DNA of 64,000 nt, taken from the human T2T-CHM13v2.0 reference genome, Homo sapiens. The translations under genes and the position numbers were made by a program. The DNA lies in NCBI RefSeq assembly GCF_009914755.1, contig NC_060925.1; one strand, given 5' to 3'. The notes beneath the pieces were generated by a model that saw only the letters and a list, made by a program, of their open reading frames with translations, was not told the origin of the DNA and did not search any database. Position 1 is the stretch's first letter; the number at the start of each line of letters is the position of its first letter. This document shows, piece after piece, positions 16,511-30,387 of this stretch.

Positions 16511-17494
16511 TCTGTGACAGGTGGTTTAGAGGGCACATATCAAATATACCATTGTGGTGGTAATTGAGGAGGGGGAAGAGATGGTAAAGGTGGAGAGAAA
16601 GAACAAAAAGAGCAAGTAGTAAAATATAGCAAAACCTAAAGGGCACCTACGAAGACTGATGATGAGAGTGAACTAGACTGAGGAGCATGATTACTTTAAA
16701 TCATACATCTGATGTTTGAAAAATATAAAGTGCTGACATTAGCCAGAAATGTCTGATTACTCTTCAATCTTAGATAACCAAACATTTTAGATACATGACT
16801 TTTTACTAAATCAGCACCTTTTTAGGCCAGAAATGTCTAGCCTAGCAGACTCATGAGTATTTGCCTGAAGGACCTGAAGACAACTCCCAGATCCCTCAGC
16901 TCTGAAGACCTACTCATCCCTTGCTTAGACTATTGCCCCAAACCACATATTTCTGATTTGTGCTTGAAGTTATTGACTGGACTTTCTCCCAATGCCTGAG
17001 GCCAGTTTACCATCCAGCACCCACTCCTCACCTAGTGAAAATGCCTATTTATTTTTCTTTTACTCTTTTTTGCCCCTCGGTCCTGGCATTTAGACCCTAT
17101 ATCACACACAGTTGGCCTCATGTCTATCCTGTATCTGTCCATCCATCTGCCCAAGCATGTATTCATTCAACAGACACTGAGTCTTTGCCATGTGCTATGC
17201 ACTGCACCGGCAACCAAGGGCACCAATCGTGACAACAAAAATCTCACAGTTCAAAAAGGAAGACACAATTTTAAAAATAAATGAATGCAATAAAATGAAA
17301 TTTAATTAACTGGATTATCACCAGTATTAATAAAATAACGTATATAAATAGCTTAACATGTTTGTAAAAAGTCCTGTAGTCAATTTTTAATAGCTACATC
17401 AACGTGCACAGAGCTTCCCAGAGGAAGGCATCCACTTAAATGTGGGCCATTCATTTATTCATTCAGTAAAGTCAGGCACTGTGAAAGGTGTTTG

Positions 17495-18332
17495 TGTAGA
17501 GTCAGCTAACTGAGCACCTAAAAGCTGCACTCCTGTTTCCAAAGTATTGAAACAGCTTTCAATGAGAAGTGGTTGGCCAACCTGAGATCATATTTACCAT
17601 CATCTCTTGCTTTCAGATGAGGCCATGAATATTTGTTTGAGCGATCTTAGCCACTGTAGCAAGGCCATTCCAACATTTTGTTGACAAACACAATAAAAGT
17701 TTATTCCAGTTCACCTGCAGTAAAATGCAGGTAGTCTTGATAAATGAGGAAGGAAGCATTCTATACAGTCATTCAGAACCCCAGGTTCCTTTATTTAGGG
17801 GTTCTTCCATGTCCCAGGGCCTTCCGCTGTAAGCAAATAAGAGGGTAAAAAACTATACCCACTTTTAACCATTTTGGCTCAGGTGTGACGTACATCACTT
17901 TCATTCACTTGTTGTTAGTGAGTACTTGTAATATGGTTTCTGCGTTACACAAGAGGGGATTTTGTAGTACCTGCCTGGACAGCTGCTTTCCAAAGACAAC
18001 TCCACATAGTTAAAAAAAAAAACATGAATTTTTAAAGATATGTGACCAGTTCTCAGCAATGAAATGCAAGAAGTACAGAGCATCACTTATGAAAATGGCA
18101 GCCAGTGTGCCATTTCCCCCCTTTTCTCTTTGTTCTAGAGAAGGTTCCTCAAGAATCATTGAGCAAAAAATTGGAGCCCTGATCGCCAAATCACCACATG
18201 GAAAAAAATCCTACCACCTACAGGAATGCTTCCTTGGACTATATTCAGATCGAGAGACAAGTTTCTCCTAAGCTTATCTACTAATGTATTGGCATTTGTT
18301 TGTTACTGCAACTAGAATTGCCCTAATTAATA
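17495..18332. mobile_element. Old MLT1-family LTR remnants (probably two, nested)
   Basis: MLT1-like motifs (ttgctttcagatgaggccatg; cagtcattcagaaccccaggttcc; tttgttactgcaactag...ctaattaata). Confidence 0.55.
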
Positions 18333-18883
18333 AACTATTACAACTCATTAATAAAAACTCTATAAATAGTAACTCAATAGATGACTCCACACCTTGCATG
18401 GCCCAGAGTTGGAGTGCAATAAATATTTTATACTTGCCTGTTTGCAATTTCTTTAATGTCTTTTTGAGAATGCGGTAGCCTCTTTCTGGTTAAATTACTC
18501 TCCACACATTTTTTTCTCCCAAGACCCTCAGGATGTCGACTGCGGCCCTGCCGCTGCTCATACTAATGTGAAAAGAACAACTTTATGATACCCATTCAGT
18601 GTCAGGGGTATTAAAACAAAACAAAAAACCTGATACTTTCTCTACAGCACACTTCCCTACTTGTCTACACATTTTTGAGACCTTTTCTTCTCTCACTCTT
18701 CTTTACGGTATGAAAAGATAGCCTGCTCTCGAATCACATCAATTTGAATTAATCTACACAGCTGTCTTCTTTAAATGAAGTACAAATGTTTACCATTGTA
18801 AAAGGCATGAATTATTAAAACTTTAAGAACAAACCTAATATGATTTGAAGCTTCCAGAAAGGCAAAAGAGGTCAGATGTCATC

Positions 18884-19266
18884 CGTATTTAGTCTGCTTG
18901 GGCTGCCATAACAAAATACTACAGACTGGGTGGCTTAAACGACAGAAATTTATTTCTCACTGTTTTGGAGGCTGGAAGTCCAAGACCAAAGTCCCTGCAG
19001 GTTTGGTTTCTTCTGAGGCTTCTCTCATTGGGTGGCAGATGGTCACTCTCTTGCTGCCTCTTTGCATGATCTTACCTCTGTGCACGCCCATGCCTCATGT
19101 CTTCCTCTTCTTATAATGACACCAGTTCTATTCAATTAGGGCCCTTCCCTTATAACAACATTTTACCTTAATTACCTCTTTAGGTGCCCTATCTCCAAAT
19201 ACAGTCAGGTTGGGAGTTAGAGCTTCACCATATAAATTTTGAGAAGACTTAATTCAGGCCATAACA
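18884..19266 (-). mobile_element. MLT1A/MLT1B solo LTR
   Basis: gggctgccataacaaaatac...tggaggctggaagtccaaga...tctccaaatacagtca...ccataaca. Confidence 0.88.
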
Positions 19267-19672
19267 CCATACTCAGAGGCACCTTCTCTTCATTCCCAAA
19301 GAGCTCATCGCTGTATGTGTCACAAACTTGAGGAAAGACTTATATAGTCTCTACCACAAAGACCAGGGCAATTGTTGAAGAAGTTTCATTTGCCCCCATC
19401 TCCTGCTGAATTAAGAATGGTCTAGAGTTCTCTGAGTTCATTCCTTAATTTACTCACTGGCAGAAAACAGAAGCTAAAATAGTGTTTCAATGGCAACGGC
19501 ATTAATATTGAAGTTTGACCTGCATTTGAATGCTAACTCTGATACTTGTCACCTATATGGCCTTGGGCCAATCATTTCATGTATTGGAACTTCAAGTTAT
19601 TCAGCCTTAAAATGGTAAAAATAATGTCTACTTTACAGGATTAAAGTATTTTAAAATATGTAAACCACGTGG

Positions 19673-20138
19673 TGTATTAGTTTCCTATTGCCAGCCAATA
19701 TTACCATAAACTTAGTGGCTTGAACTAACACACATTTATTCTCTTCTAGTTCTGGAAGTCAAAAGTCTGTGAGGAGTCTTATGGGACTAAAATTAAGGTG
19801 TTGCCAGGACTGGTTCCTTTTAGAGGCTCCAGGAAATAATCCATTCCTTGCCTTAGCTACTTTCTAGAAGCTGCCACCATTCCTTGGGTCATGGCCTCTT
19901 CCTTCAACTTCAAAGCCATCAGAGCAACATCTTCTCTCCTTTCTGACTTCCTGCCTTCATCTTATAAGGACGCTTATAATTACATTGTGCCAACCTATAA
20001 TCCAGGAAAATCTCCCCATCTCAAGATCCATATTTTAATGGCATCCGTGCAGTTCCTTTTGCCACACAAGGTGCATATCCACAGGTTCTGGGAATTACAA
20101 CACGATCATCTTTGTGAGCCATTACTCAGCCTATCACA
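19673..20138 (-). mobile_element. MLT1C/MLT1D solo LTR next to a MIR remnant
   Basis: tgtattagtttcctattg...aacttagtggcttgaac...aatctccccatctcaagatcc...cagcctatcaca; MIR core at ~19520-19670. Confidence 0.85.
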
Positions 20139-20242
20139 CATGACTTACTGTAAATCAGGGTAGACATCTGCTGGTTATGCCTGCAGAGTATCTCCTGGAG
20201 GAAAAATATTTCTTGCCTGCGGAGTAATTTCTTCCAATTGAA

Positions 20243-20660
20243 ATGTTGCGGATTGGGTTACAGTTCCCAATTCCTCATTCTCTCCTGATATAGAATTAGT
20301 ATGCATAACCTTTTCCATGTGTCTAGAGTAGAGGAAGAATATTCCCCAGACTACTGATGCTTGACTTGGCCATGTGATTTGCTTTGGCCAATGGAATGTT
20401 TGGCCAATAGATATGATGTGAGCAGAAGTGAAGCTTTAAATGTCCTTGCTTGGCTCAGCTTTTGTCTTGAGAAAAGGATGGGCTGCACAACTCCTGGTCC
20501 CAGAGCAAAAGACATGTGGAACAGGCTTATACTCAACCCATACTCTGAAGCAGAGCTTCCCTAGCCAACCTCTTAGCGGAAATAAGATGTTTATTCCAGT
20601 AAGTGCCTTAGATATTTATGTCTTTTATTTAGCTCTAGTGCAGCAATAACTGACTAATTA
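20243..20660 (+). mobile_element. MLT1H/I-like solo LTR
   Basis: cttggccatgtgatttgctttggccaatggaatg...gcagcaataactgactaat. Confidence 0.75.
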
Positions 20661-20689
20661 AGGTACCCAACTTTTCCTTGGAGAAATCT

Positions 20690-21101
20690 CTCAGATTAGG
20701 TTCCCCAGAAGCAGACCCTGTAACAAGGACTCATGGGAAAGTGATTTATTTAGAATTATTCCCAAGAAAACCGGTAAGGGTGTGGTTAAGTGCAACTAGA
20801 AAATATTTAGTATCATAAACCCAAGTAGATGACTTTAGCTCAATTCCACAGAGAAGCTCTAGAAACAGTATAGAACACACCTGAGAGAGATGTTTCCACC
20901 AAGAGAAAGGAGCTAGAGTATTCATACCCCACCCTTACCACTCCTAAGGGCCGCCTTTAGGGACACATAAATTCTCTGCTCTCCATGGGCACAGGCAAAG
21001 CAGGTTCTGACAACCTGAGGGCAGCTGCCTGACAAAAAGATATAGGGAAATGTTGCTGAGATCCTAGGAAGTATGGGCAGAACACTGAGAGTATCTGCTA
21101 C
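20690..21101 (-). mobile_element. LTR16-like ERVL LTR
   Basis: ggttccccagaagcagaccctg...gtgatttattt...gtatctgctaca. Confidence 0.65.
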
Positions 21102-21109
21102 ACCACCCC

Positions 21110-21500
21110 TCCCAACTCTCCATCCATGAATTCTGTTCAAGTGGATTCTGCTCCCAAATCCAGGCTAGGCATGTGACCCAAGCCTGACCCATCAGTGTAT
21201 TCTATCACCCTAGCTTCAGCAGTAGATCCAGGATGAGCACATAATTCAACTAAGTCTAATCAGAGAATGTCTTGGGAAATTTCATGAATTGACTAGAAAA
21301 GGGGTACTATCCTTATGTTGATGTTTCTGAGAAAATGGGGGTATAAGTCAACTTTCCTGAAAATGGGGACAACCAGAAACAAAGCAGAGAAGTCACAGGA
21401 ATGAGCCATCCAATAACTCTGATTTGAGCCTTTTTTGGGTTCAGCCATACCTAGCTCCTACTCTAGACATTGCAGTTAAGTCACCACTTAACTGACTAAT
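21110..21500 (+). mobile_element. MLT1K/L-like LTR remnant
   Basis: ggcatgtgacccaagcctgacccatcag...ggatgagcacataattcaactaagtctaatcagag. Confidence 0.55.
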
Positions 21501-22004
21501 TGACTGTTTTACTCAAAACAACTAGAAAGATCAAATGTAGCCCAATATCACTTTATGTAAGATCCCTGTACATACCTTTATTTCTGTTTGTGGAAACTGT
21601 AATCATTCTCCAAGTCACTGCTCAAATTATTCCACCTTCTCTGGGTCCCAGTTTCTTCAACTATGTCCCCCAGAAAGTGGTTGGAAAAAAATTAAACAGC
21701 ATGTACATGAGAATCTGTCCAGCCCCCATGTCTGTGATGCACTAGGTGCTTAATAAATACTTTTAAATCAATTTTGTAGATTATCAAAACCAACTTAAGC
21801 ATAGCTATAAGATAAGCTTTGTAGTTAGTTCCCATATTATTCTATTAAACAAGGTCTTTCTACATCAGTGATCTTGTTTTTTTTTAACCTTTTCATTACC
21901 TACATTTGCAGAGATGAGGAAAATCAGTGTCATTCCTCTAACCCAGTATAACTCCAAGGTTACCCCTGGGATTGTGGGGGAACTTACTGAGAAGCAGAGA
22001 AAGA

Positions 22005-22175
22005 TAAGTGTGTTTACTGGGTACTTATTATGTGCCAAGCACAATGCTCAGTTTTACAGAGATGTTAATTCATTTAATAATCAAAACCATCTTTACGAAG
22101 GGACGTTATTGTTCTTGTTTATCAGATGAGAAAACTAAGACTCAGAAACATTAAGTAACTTATCCAACATTATTC
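22005..22175 (-). mobile_element. MIR remnant
   Basis: tatgtgccaagcac...cagatgagaaaactaagactcagaaacattaagtaacttatccaa. Confidence 0.8.
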
Positions 22176-23512
22176 AACAAAAGAGAAAGAGAATATTACT
22201 GCAGAGAGTACATGGACATTTAGGGATGAAGGGAACTAAAATCGTATCAATTACTAGCTACATGAACTTGAACCAGTAACCTCACAGCTTTGTAGGAATT
22301 GACAGAGATAATGTCTATTAAGCCCGGCTCATGGTAGATATGAATTAAATAATGATCCTGCCTTCTCCTAAGCAGCAATGGAACTGTGACTTGACCCCAC
22401 TTCTGTCTAATGCCAAAATCCATCTTTGCCCCTCCTAGCCTCCCTGCAATAGAAAGCTGCAGATGTGGAGCATGAGTCTTTGCATAGTGCAGAGCTGGAA
22501 AAGGATTATCATCCACCACCACCTTAGAAATTGAGTATTGAAGTATTGATTGACTTTTATTTAATATGAATTTCTAAAAAACCTCTCATCTACTAAAGGT
22601 TCCTTTGAAATTATTAGCCTACAGACATTTATGGTTACATGGCATATGCAGCTCTAATATAAACAGATCAACCCCTCTCACTCTTATTTTACACTGCATC
22701 AGGCACTGAAAACTAAGTCTGATGTAATAGATCTCTTTTGTAGTTTTAATCATAACAATTGTACCAAATGACTTTTTTGTGCATGTGATAACATCATAAT
22801 GGAAAACCAAATCGATAGCATAGTTCTCAATCTAATTATATGCCTTGCATTTCTAACCCAGCTTTAATGAAATACAATAAGTGGTAGTGTGGAAATTAGA
22901 AGAGGCTGGAAAAAAAGCAGTTGCAAATAATACTGTCAGTGACAAGAATAGAAGTATGACGATGCTGGTCTGTGTGAACAATGCCTCCCATTGTGACTAT
23001 GCAATAAAAAGCTACCCCACCACCCAAAAAATGAGGAGGGGGTTTATCCAAACAAATCATCATTTTCAGAAACAAGCACTTTTTACAAAACAAGCCTAGG
23101 CTACAGCAATTCAAAAATGTTTAAGGAGCCTCAGAGGTTGCAAAACTTATCTACATGCAAACCTCCCCTTTTTCACTTCTTAGGCCACCATCTGATACAC
23201 ACAATAGCACCTTAATATAACTTTTAAATAGCTACTTTCCTTATTTAGAAAGGTAATCATGCTTATTATAGAAAATCTTGAAAACACTGGAAGAGACATA
23301 GAAAAAAGTACAATAACCCAAAATCTCACAGTCGGAGATAAGCATAATTCACATTTTTCTATATTTCCTTCATTTTTTTCTAAGAATATGTTACATATTT
23401 GAAATGATATAATAATCTTATTGAAAGCATAGTCAGATATTTCAAAGTAATGAAGTTGCTAGCTCACAGATAGATAGGCCCTAATATAAAAATAAGTTAC
23501 TTTTATAGTTGC

Positions 23513-23899
23513 TGTGTTAGTTTATTAGGGCTGCCTACCAGAGTACCACAAACTGCATGGCTCAAGCAGCAGAAATTTATTTTCTCACAGTTCTGGAGGC
23601 TGGAAGTTCAAGATCAAGGTGTAGCAGAGCTGGCTTCTTCTGAGGCCCCTCTATCGGCTCATAGATGGCTGTCTTCTCCCGGTATCTTCATGTAGTCTTC
23701 CTTCTGTGCATGGCTGTGTGTAAATTTTTTCTTCTTATGAGATCAGTTGTATTGGCTTAGGGCCCTCCCTAATTACATGACTTTAACATAGTCACCTGTT
23801 TAAAAATATCTCCAAATACAGTCACATTCTGAGGTACTAGGGTTTAAAACTTTCAACATATGAAGTTGGTTTGGGGGAAGCATAATTCTTCCCATGACA
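23513..23899 (-). mobile_element. MLT1B-like solo LTR
   Basis: tctcacagttctggaggctggaagttcaagatcaagg...tctccaaatacagtcacattctgaggtactagg; TG...CA ends. Confidence 0.88.
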
Positions 23900-24219
23900 A
23901 GTGCTAAGTGTGGCAACACAAATATGCCATACACCATACTTCATAACACAAATACACCATACACCCAAAAAGAACCTAAGTACATCATATAGCATCATAT
24001 ACCCACAAATATCTCTAGGTTTTGCAGCAGGCACTGGAGACATAAAGATTGATAAACTAGAGCCCCTGTCAGGAAAAGACTTAAATCAGTGGTCCGAGGA
24101 AGGACCACTTATTTAATAAGTGGCATTAGGGAAGTTATTAACACCCTGGGGAAAATGTGCAAAGGCTCAGTTTATACCATATACCAAAATAAGTTCACAC
24201 TTTAAAATGAGAAATGTTA

Positions 24220-24340
24220 AGACAAGGAAGAGGAATCAAAGGAGGAGGAAGAAGGAGAGGAGAAGAAAAGCAAGGAAAAAAAGAAGGAGTAACAAGGGAA
24301 AAGAGGAAGGTGGAGAAGAAAGAAAAAGTAGAAAACAGAA
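24220..24340. repeat. GA-rich low-complexity tract
   Basis: Almost pure purine run; explains the K/R/E-rich ORF at 24120-24398. Confidence 0.85.
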
Positions 24341-25808
24341 ATGTGTTTTATTCGTCTTACCTATGAATGGAGTAGACATTTTGTTTGTAATTATTTAATT
24401 ATTTCATTTAATAAATACTATTTGACCAACAAACACAGACCAGGTGTTCTGCTAGGCACAGAATGAACCAGGTTTTTTGATGCTTCTACACAATGGAAGG
24501 AGCCCCTTGGGTTGTGTATTATGTAAACAGAAGTTTACATTTCTTGCCTGGCATATTCAGTATTGGCCACCTCTCCCTATACCAACATCATGAGCTGTAT
24601 GCAGTCAATATGTTCCCGCATAAGTTATTTTCAAAGCATAATTTTAAATCAGATCCCATTAAAAATGCAAGAAGAGGGCCTGTTGTTAAAGGAGCCCTAG
24701 GGGAACCCTGTGGTAAGAAGAAGCATCCTTATGTAAAAGCAAGACCGCTGCTCTGTGGTTCCCACACTGTGTCAAACCCGACTGTCATACCTGTGTCCTG
24801 GCTTGCAGGTTATGCCTGAGCGCTCATGTGTGTTTGCACTGTCTGTCCTTCTGCCTTGGATTGCAAACCCCTGGAGGTTGGCCCATCACATCTGTTCCCT
24901 TCATTGTGCCCAGTGTCACAATGAAGCGTTTTCAAAGAGATCCTAGTAAATGCTTTTGTGTGCTGATAATGATGCAGCAAAGGAAATTAGCAGGCAATGT
25001 CTGTGGGGCTATATTGAGGAGGTGCCCTATGTGTGTTACTTCTAAATACTAAGACTCCATATCATATCACTGCTTTGCCAACTGCAGGGAGCAAATCCCC
25101 AGGATCCTTCAGTCCTATTTGTGTTCCCAGCAACAGAGAAGAGAGGAGAAATAATTTAAGGGAATGACAGAAGAGACTGAGAGTTGGCGATTCCTTGGGA
25201 CACTCCAAGAAGCTCAGTCGGAGCAGGATTGAGGTGCTTACCTCCAAATGCCTTTGAAGAAGACAGGCTTTTCTGTATGCTTCCAGATCACGGAGTGAGA
25301 TTGCTGTTCTTCCCATTGGGAACGGTCTCATGTCAGTAGCACATCGCATTGCAGCTTACTCTCAGAATCAAACTATCTACCCAGAAGAAATGGATAAATC
25401 CTTGCAATTCTCTTGGGTTCAGAAAAAGATTTTAGCCAGAAGCTCCTTTTCTAGTAAGTAGTTGTATAGTGTTATTGCCCAGTAAATGAGTGGTACAATT
25501 TCTGGCTGACAATTGCTGAATTCAATCAAAATGTAGTGACCCAGAAATTGTCTTAACTCAATGCTCATAAATACAAACATTGCCCCAGAATTATACCAGT
25601 ATTGGTGAATTTTCCTGAATGAAAAAGACATTATTTCTCTGGGAGAATTAAGCCATTTTAATTCTTGGACCAATTTTCTATTTAGTAGTATTTTAATCAT
25701 CTTTATTTCTATCTTACTAAAATTATTTTTCATGAATATCCACTGTTTTCCATGTACATTTATTTTTGATACAGCTTTCATTCATTTTTTTTGCCCACAT
25801 CAAATTAA

Positions 25809-26183
<375 letters not shown>

Positions 26184-26664
26184 TAATTCGATTTTGCATT
26201 TATAAATTTTTCCAAAATGATCTTTTTCACTATCAATATTTTACCAATAATTTTTTTTACCATGTCATGCTCTAGCCTTTGATGGTTTTGTTGGGTTATT
26301 TCTCCAGAAACTACTATTTCCCTAGTTGATTTTTACATTTTTCAACTTTACCAATTTTTTTCACCTCTAATACATTTAATAATGGAAAGTTATAGCCATT
26401 CCCAATTTTCTGTTATTTTATTTCAATTAATAATACCTCATGTGAATTTGATGTAAAATAATGTATTTTTATTCATTTATGAAAGCAAATCAGAAACAGA
26501 AGGAGTCAAAATATCTGTGAAGTTAAAGTATTACAGTGTGGCAAAAACTTGCTGCTTCATTCAAATACAAACATCCCCGGAAAGGTAAGCCATTATTTAA
26601 ATTTGAATATGGGAACAGTGATTTACATCATATGCTTTCCTAAGAGATGAAAATAGAAGTATTT

Positions 26665-26972
26665 GGCCAGGTGCGGTGGCTCACACCTGTAATCCCAGCA
26701 CTTTGGGAGGCCGAGGCAGGCGGATCACGAGGTCAGGAGTTTGAAACCAGTATGGCCAACATAGGGAAACCCCGTCTCTACTAAAAAATACAAAAAATTA
26801 GCCAGACGTGGTGGTGCGCACCTGTAATCCCGGCTACTCGGGAGGCTGAGGCAGGAGAATCTGTGAACCTGGGAGGCAGAGGTTGCAGTTAGCTGAGATT
26901 GCGCCATTGCACTCCAGCCCGGGCAACAGTGTGAGACTCCATCTCAAAAAAAAAAAAAAAAAAAAAAGAATA
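26665..26972 (+). mobile_element. AluS (Sg-like), full length
   Basis: ggccaggtgcggtggctcac...ggatcacgaggtcaggagtt..., then poly(A); TSD gaaaatagaagtatt at 26649-26663 and 26973-26987. Confidence 0.97.
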
Positions 26973-27089
26973 GAAAATAGAAGTATTCATTTCCCAGCTA
27001 CCTGGCACATGACCTGGTGTCCATTCGTCCCTTTCCCCTTCTTGAGGCTTTGACTCTACAGCTGGAAAAACAAAGTAGAAATGGGGGAA

Positions 27090-27960
27090 AAACTGTTTTG
27101 TTGTGGCATAGTTGTGGCACAAGAACGTACAGAGCCTGGAACACTTGAGGGCCTTAAAGTCATCTTAAGGGATTTGGACCTTCTCCTGGAGGAACTGGAA
27201 GCCATGTAGGCCTCTATTTGAGGATAGATGCTCAGATTTGAGATTTCAAAACATGACTCTGGTAACTGCATAGAAAAGAGATTGAAGATGGAAAGTCAGG
27301 AAACAGGCTTCTGCAGGGCTGACTCCAGACCACAGTTTTGCATCTTCCCAATCTAAGGCAGTTGATGCCAGGCTGGTATCCCGGCCTTTATGATATAACC
27401 CTTGGCAATCTTTGCATCTGCCCAGTATCCCCACCCTACTTCACCAGACTCCTCTTTGTTCTCCAAAATTTTCCATACCTCCATGCTTCCATGACCTAAG
27501 AAATTTCTTATTTCCATTATCTACCTGAGGAGCTCCTACACATTATTATTTCAAAGTTAAATAAACATTAATAACTATAATCATAATAATGAGCATTTAC
27601 TGAGAATGTGCTTTACACCATTCAATGCTATTAATCTCACCAGATAACAAAACTGAGCTCTAGACAGTTTAACTAGCTTGTTCAAGGTTGCCCAACTAGT
27701 GAGCAGGGAGGCCTCTATTTCAAAAGTTCAGCTTGATGTCAGAGTTTGGATGTTCCTAATCCACACCATGCTGTTCCACCAGGAAACATCTGAGTGCTTA
27801 CCATATGACATAAATTTTCACACATATTCTCATATTTAATCCCAATGGCCAGATAGTGAGGTAGGTGTCATCATTTTAATACAGAGAAAACTGAGTCTTG
27901 GTGAGTTTAAGTAACTTCCTCCAGAGCAACAGACACTACTGGTCTGTCTAACTACAAAGA
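27090..27960. mobile_element. Cluster of L2 and MIR remnants
   Basis: L2-like cagatttgagatttcaaaacatgactctgg; two MIR cores (aaaactgagctctagacagtttaactagcttg; aaactgagtcttggtgagtttaagtaacttc). Confidence 0.6.
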
Positions 27961-30240
27961 CATTATACTTCCCGGTAAGTGCCTGGCTCATAGATGGTTA
28001 TTGACACATATTGGTCCCTTCCCTTCCACCTGCTCTGCCATGTCCATACCCAGATCATGCTGATCACCCAAAAGTGTATCTGATCTTACGACACCTTCAT
28101 CCAAAACCAGCTAGTGCCTATTCCTATGGAGGATCCAGCTTACCTGTTAATGGAGGTACCCATTGCTGTACCTTCTCACCCATATCCTCTTCCCAGTGAA
28201 GCTGTTCAGCTCACAGCCCCTGCTGCTGACATCTCCATGTTTTATATTCAATGATTCTGCTCTTCCACTATAGCTGATTGGACCTAAAAGCAGACAATCA
28301 GACATCCTTTCTCGGAATGTTGAAATAAGGAATGCTAAGAACTTAAGATAATGTTAGGAATGGCAGCTTCCAAGGTAGAGTCTGGCTCAGAATAATCAGG
28401 AAGAGCCAAGGGCAAGCCAAAGATGCTTCAAGCAGAAACAAAGACGATGCGAAATCCAGGTGGTAGCAAAAGAAGAATAGAGTAGATGTGCTTATGGCTA
28501 AAGCAAACGCTGAGAGGGTAGTGGGACACTGAGGCCCATGAGGGAGAAGCGGGGAATCATTAGAGCTGCCTCACTTCCCAACAACTTCTCAGTTTCCATT
28601 CAAGTGTTTCCCTAAAGAAAACCTCCTTTTTTTCTCTGGTAATGAAGGTGACACATTGTTTCTTACCACCCAAAGAGCAAAACTTAAAAAAACAAATAGC
28701 CTCCTCCTGCCACTCAATCTTGAGGGTTTCCTGTTAAAAACCTTTGAGTCTCTAAATCCAAGACTAAGATGGGAAAAAGTCAAATGATGAGATTTAAAGC
28801 CTAATGTCCTTAAGCTAAGCCCCCACCCCAGATGCCAACCCACCCAGATCTGCTCCCACTCCCTCTGTATCCCCTCTTTGGGGTCTCCTCTGCCTGCCCC
28901 TGGAGTTCATTTCAATCACTTTGGAGCCCAGGATGGCTGGGCTATGGGAAATCTTCCCTCTGTCTAGAACTCCTGCCATTTATCTGATCTGACCTCTCCA
29001 GACATTTAAGGTCTGCAGATCAGAAATGGATTTTTGTTATTGTTCACTGCTATTACAAATACAACTCATCTTCAACACCTCTCTCCACATAAGGCCTGTT
29101 ATCCTGCTTTCAGAGCAAGCCACAAGAAAGAAATGGTGTCTTGATTTACTTTTCCTGGATATTTCAAGTCCATTTTGTGCAGCAACCACACATACCACCT
29201 ATTACTAATGAGATTTAAAAGGTGAAGTCCAGGGTGCTGGCTGTTTCCCAGCTAGTACGCATGCAGCTGGTACTACCCAGCCCCCTGGCAACAACCCAGA
29301 AGCCAAATTCCGGGGTACCTGAAGTCAGATCTCTAGATACCTGAAGCAAGATCCCTGGCAGCACCTAAGATGTGAGTCACATTGCAGAGGTTGAGCCTGC
29401 AGCTCTCTTTGCATGTATGTGTGCAGTCTGCAGCCCTGCCAGGCAATCACAGGAGCCACTCACAGGTGTCACACTGAATTTCAGGACTCCATGGTGTTTC
29501 CTGCCTCAGCAGCAACATCAAAGCTCAGAGCAGTAGCTGTTGTGTTGACATAGGCAGTAGAAACAGGTGGAGTACCATGACAACTTGGCCCTTGCCACTG
29601 AACCTCTACATTTATTTTCAAACCATATCCCTCAACAATCCTGTAGTCATGAAAAGCTTCGCTTGGCAAAGGTAAGAATGTGAGCACATTTGGACCCAAT
29701 TCCCCTGACAAAGGGTTCCCATTCACAATTTGGAAGAAAATATTCAGTGTGGCTGTGACACCAGCCAAAATGAGAAAGCCTGGTGCTGGCAACTCACCAT
29801 TTTCCAAATCGCTGTGATTCTGCCTCAGTTTGAGCTTCCTGGAAAATAAGGGAGAGGGTCATGTAGAAAGGACTACTCAGCAAAAGTGCCTTATTATCTC
29901 TTGCTGTATGGCGCTCACTGCTCTTCTCCAATGCACAGACACACTCACAGGTGTACACACGTATGCTCATATCTGGAATGTGACTGAAGCACATGCAGAA
30001 TGGGCCGCCACGATGCAGCCCGAGGGGCATCTCAGAGACCTTCACTCAAAGCTGTCTTCTCCACTAGGGAGCCTCTTCTACCTCAACTTCCTATCAATTC
30101 TAGTTCCAGCTCCGCCTTGGGAGTTTAGTACTTCTGCAAGAGACTAAACTTCTCTCTGGAAAAGGTAATGCAGAAGTCCCCTAGTAATCTCTTTGGGAAT
30201 GAATTTATCAAACCTTTCGCTCATTAAGAGTACTTGGATT

Positions 30241-30387
30241 AAATAGCTATGCATGCCGGGCTTAATAGTTAGGTGATGAGTTGATAGGTGCAGCAAACCA
30301 CCATGACACATGTTTACCTATGTAATAAACCTGCACATCCTGCACATGTACCTCAGAACTTAAAATAAAAATAAATTTTTTTAAAAA
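30241..30387 (+). mobile_element. Older L1PA 3' end fragment (~150 bp) with TSD
   Basis: L1 3'UTR with an A tail; TSD aaga(g/a)tacttggatt at 30226-30240 and 30388-30402. Confidence 0.92.

Noticed and set aside
24120-24398. K/R/E-rich ORF, and the VC-repeat ORF at 45416-45691
   Set aside because: Translations of GA-rich and (CA)n low-complexity DNA.
25236-25244. Minus-strand splice donor GAG|GTAAGC (also plus-strand AAG|GTAAGC near 26584)
   Set aside because: Isolated donors occur by chance in 64 kb; no convincing acceptor or coding frame pairs with them.
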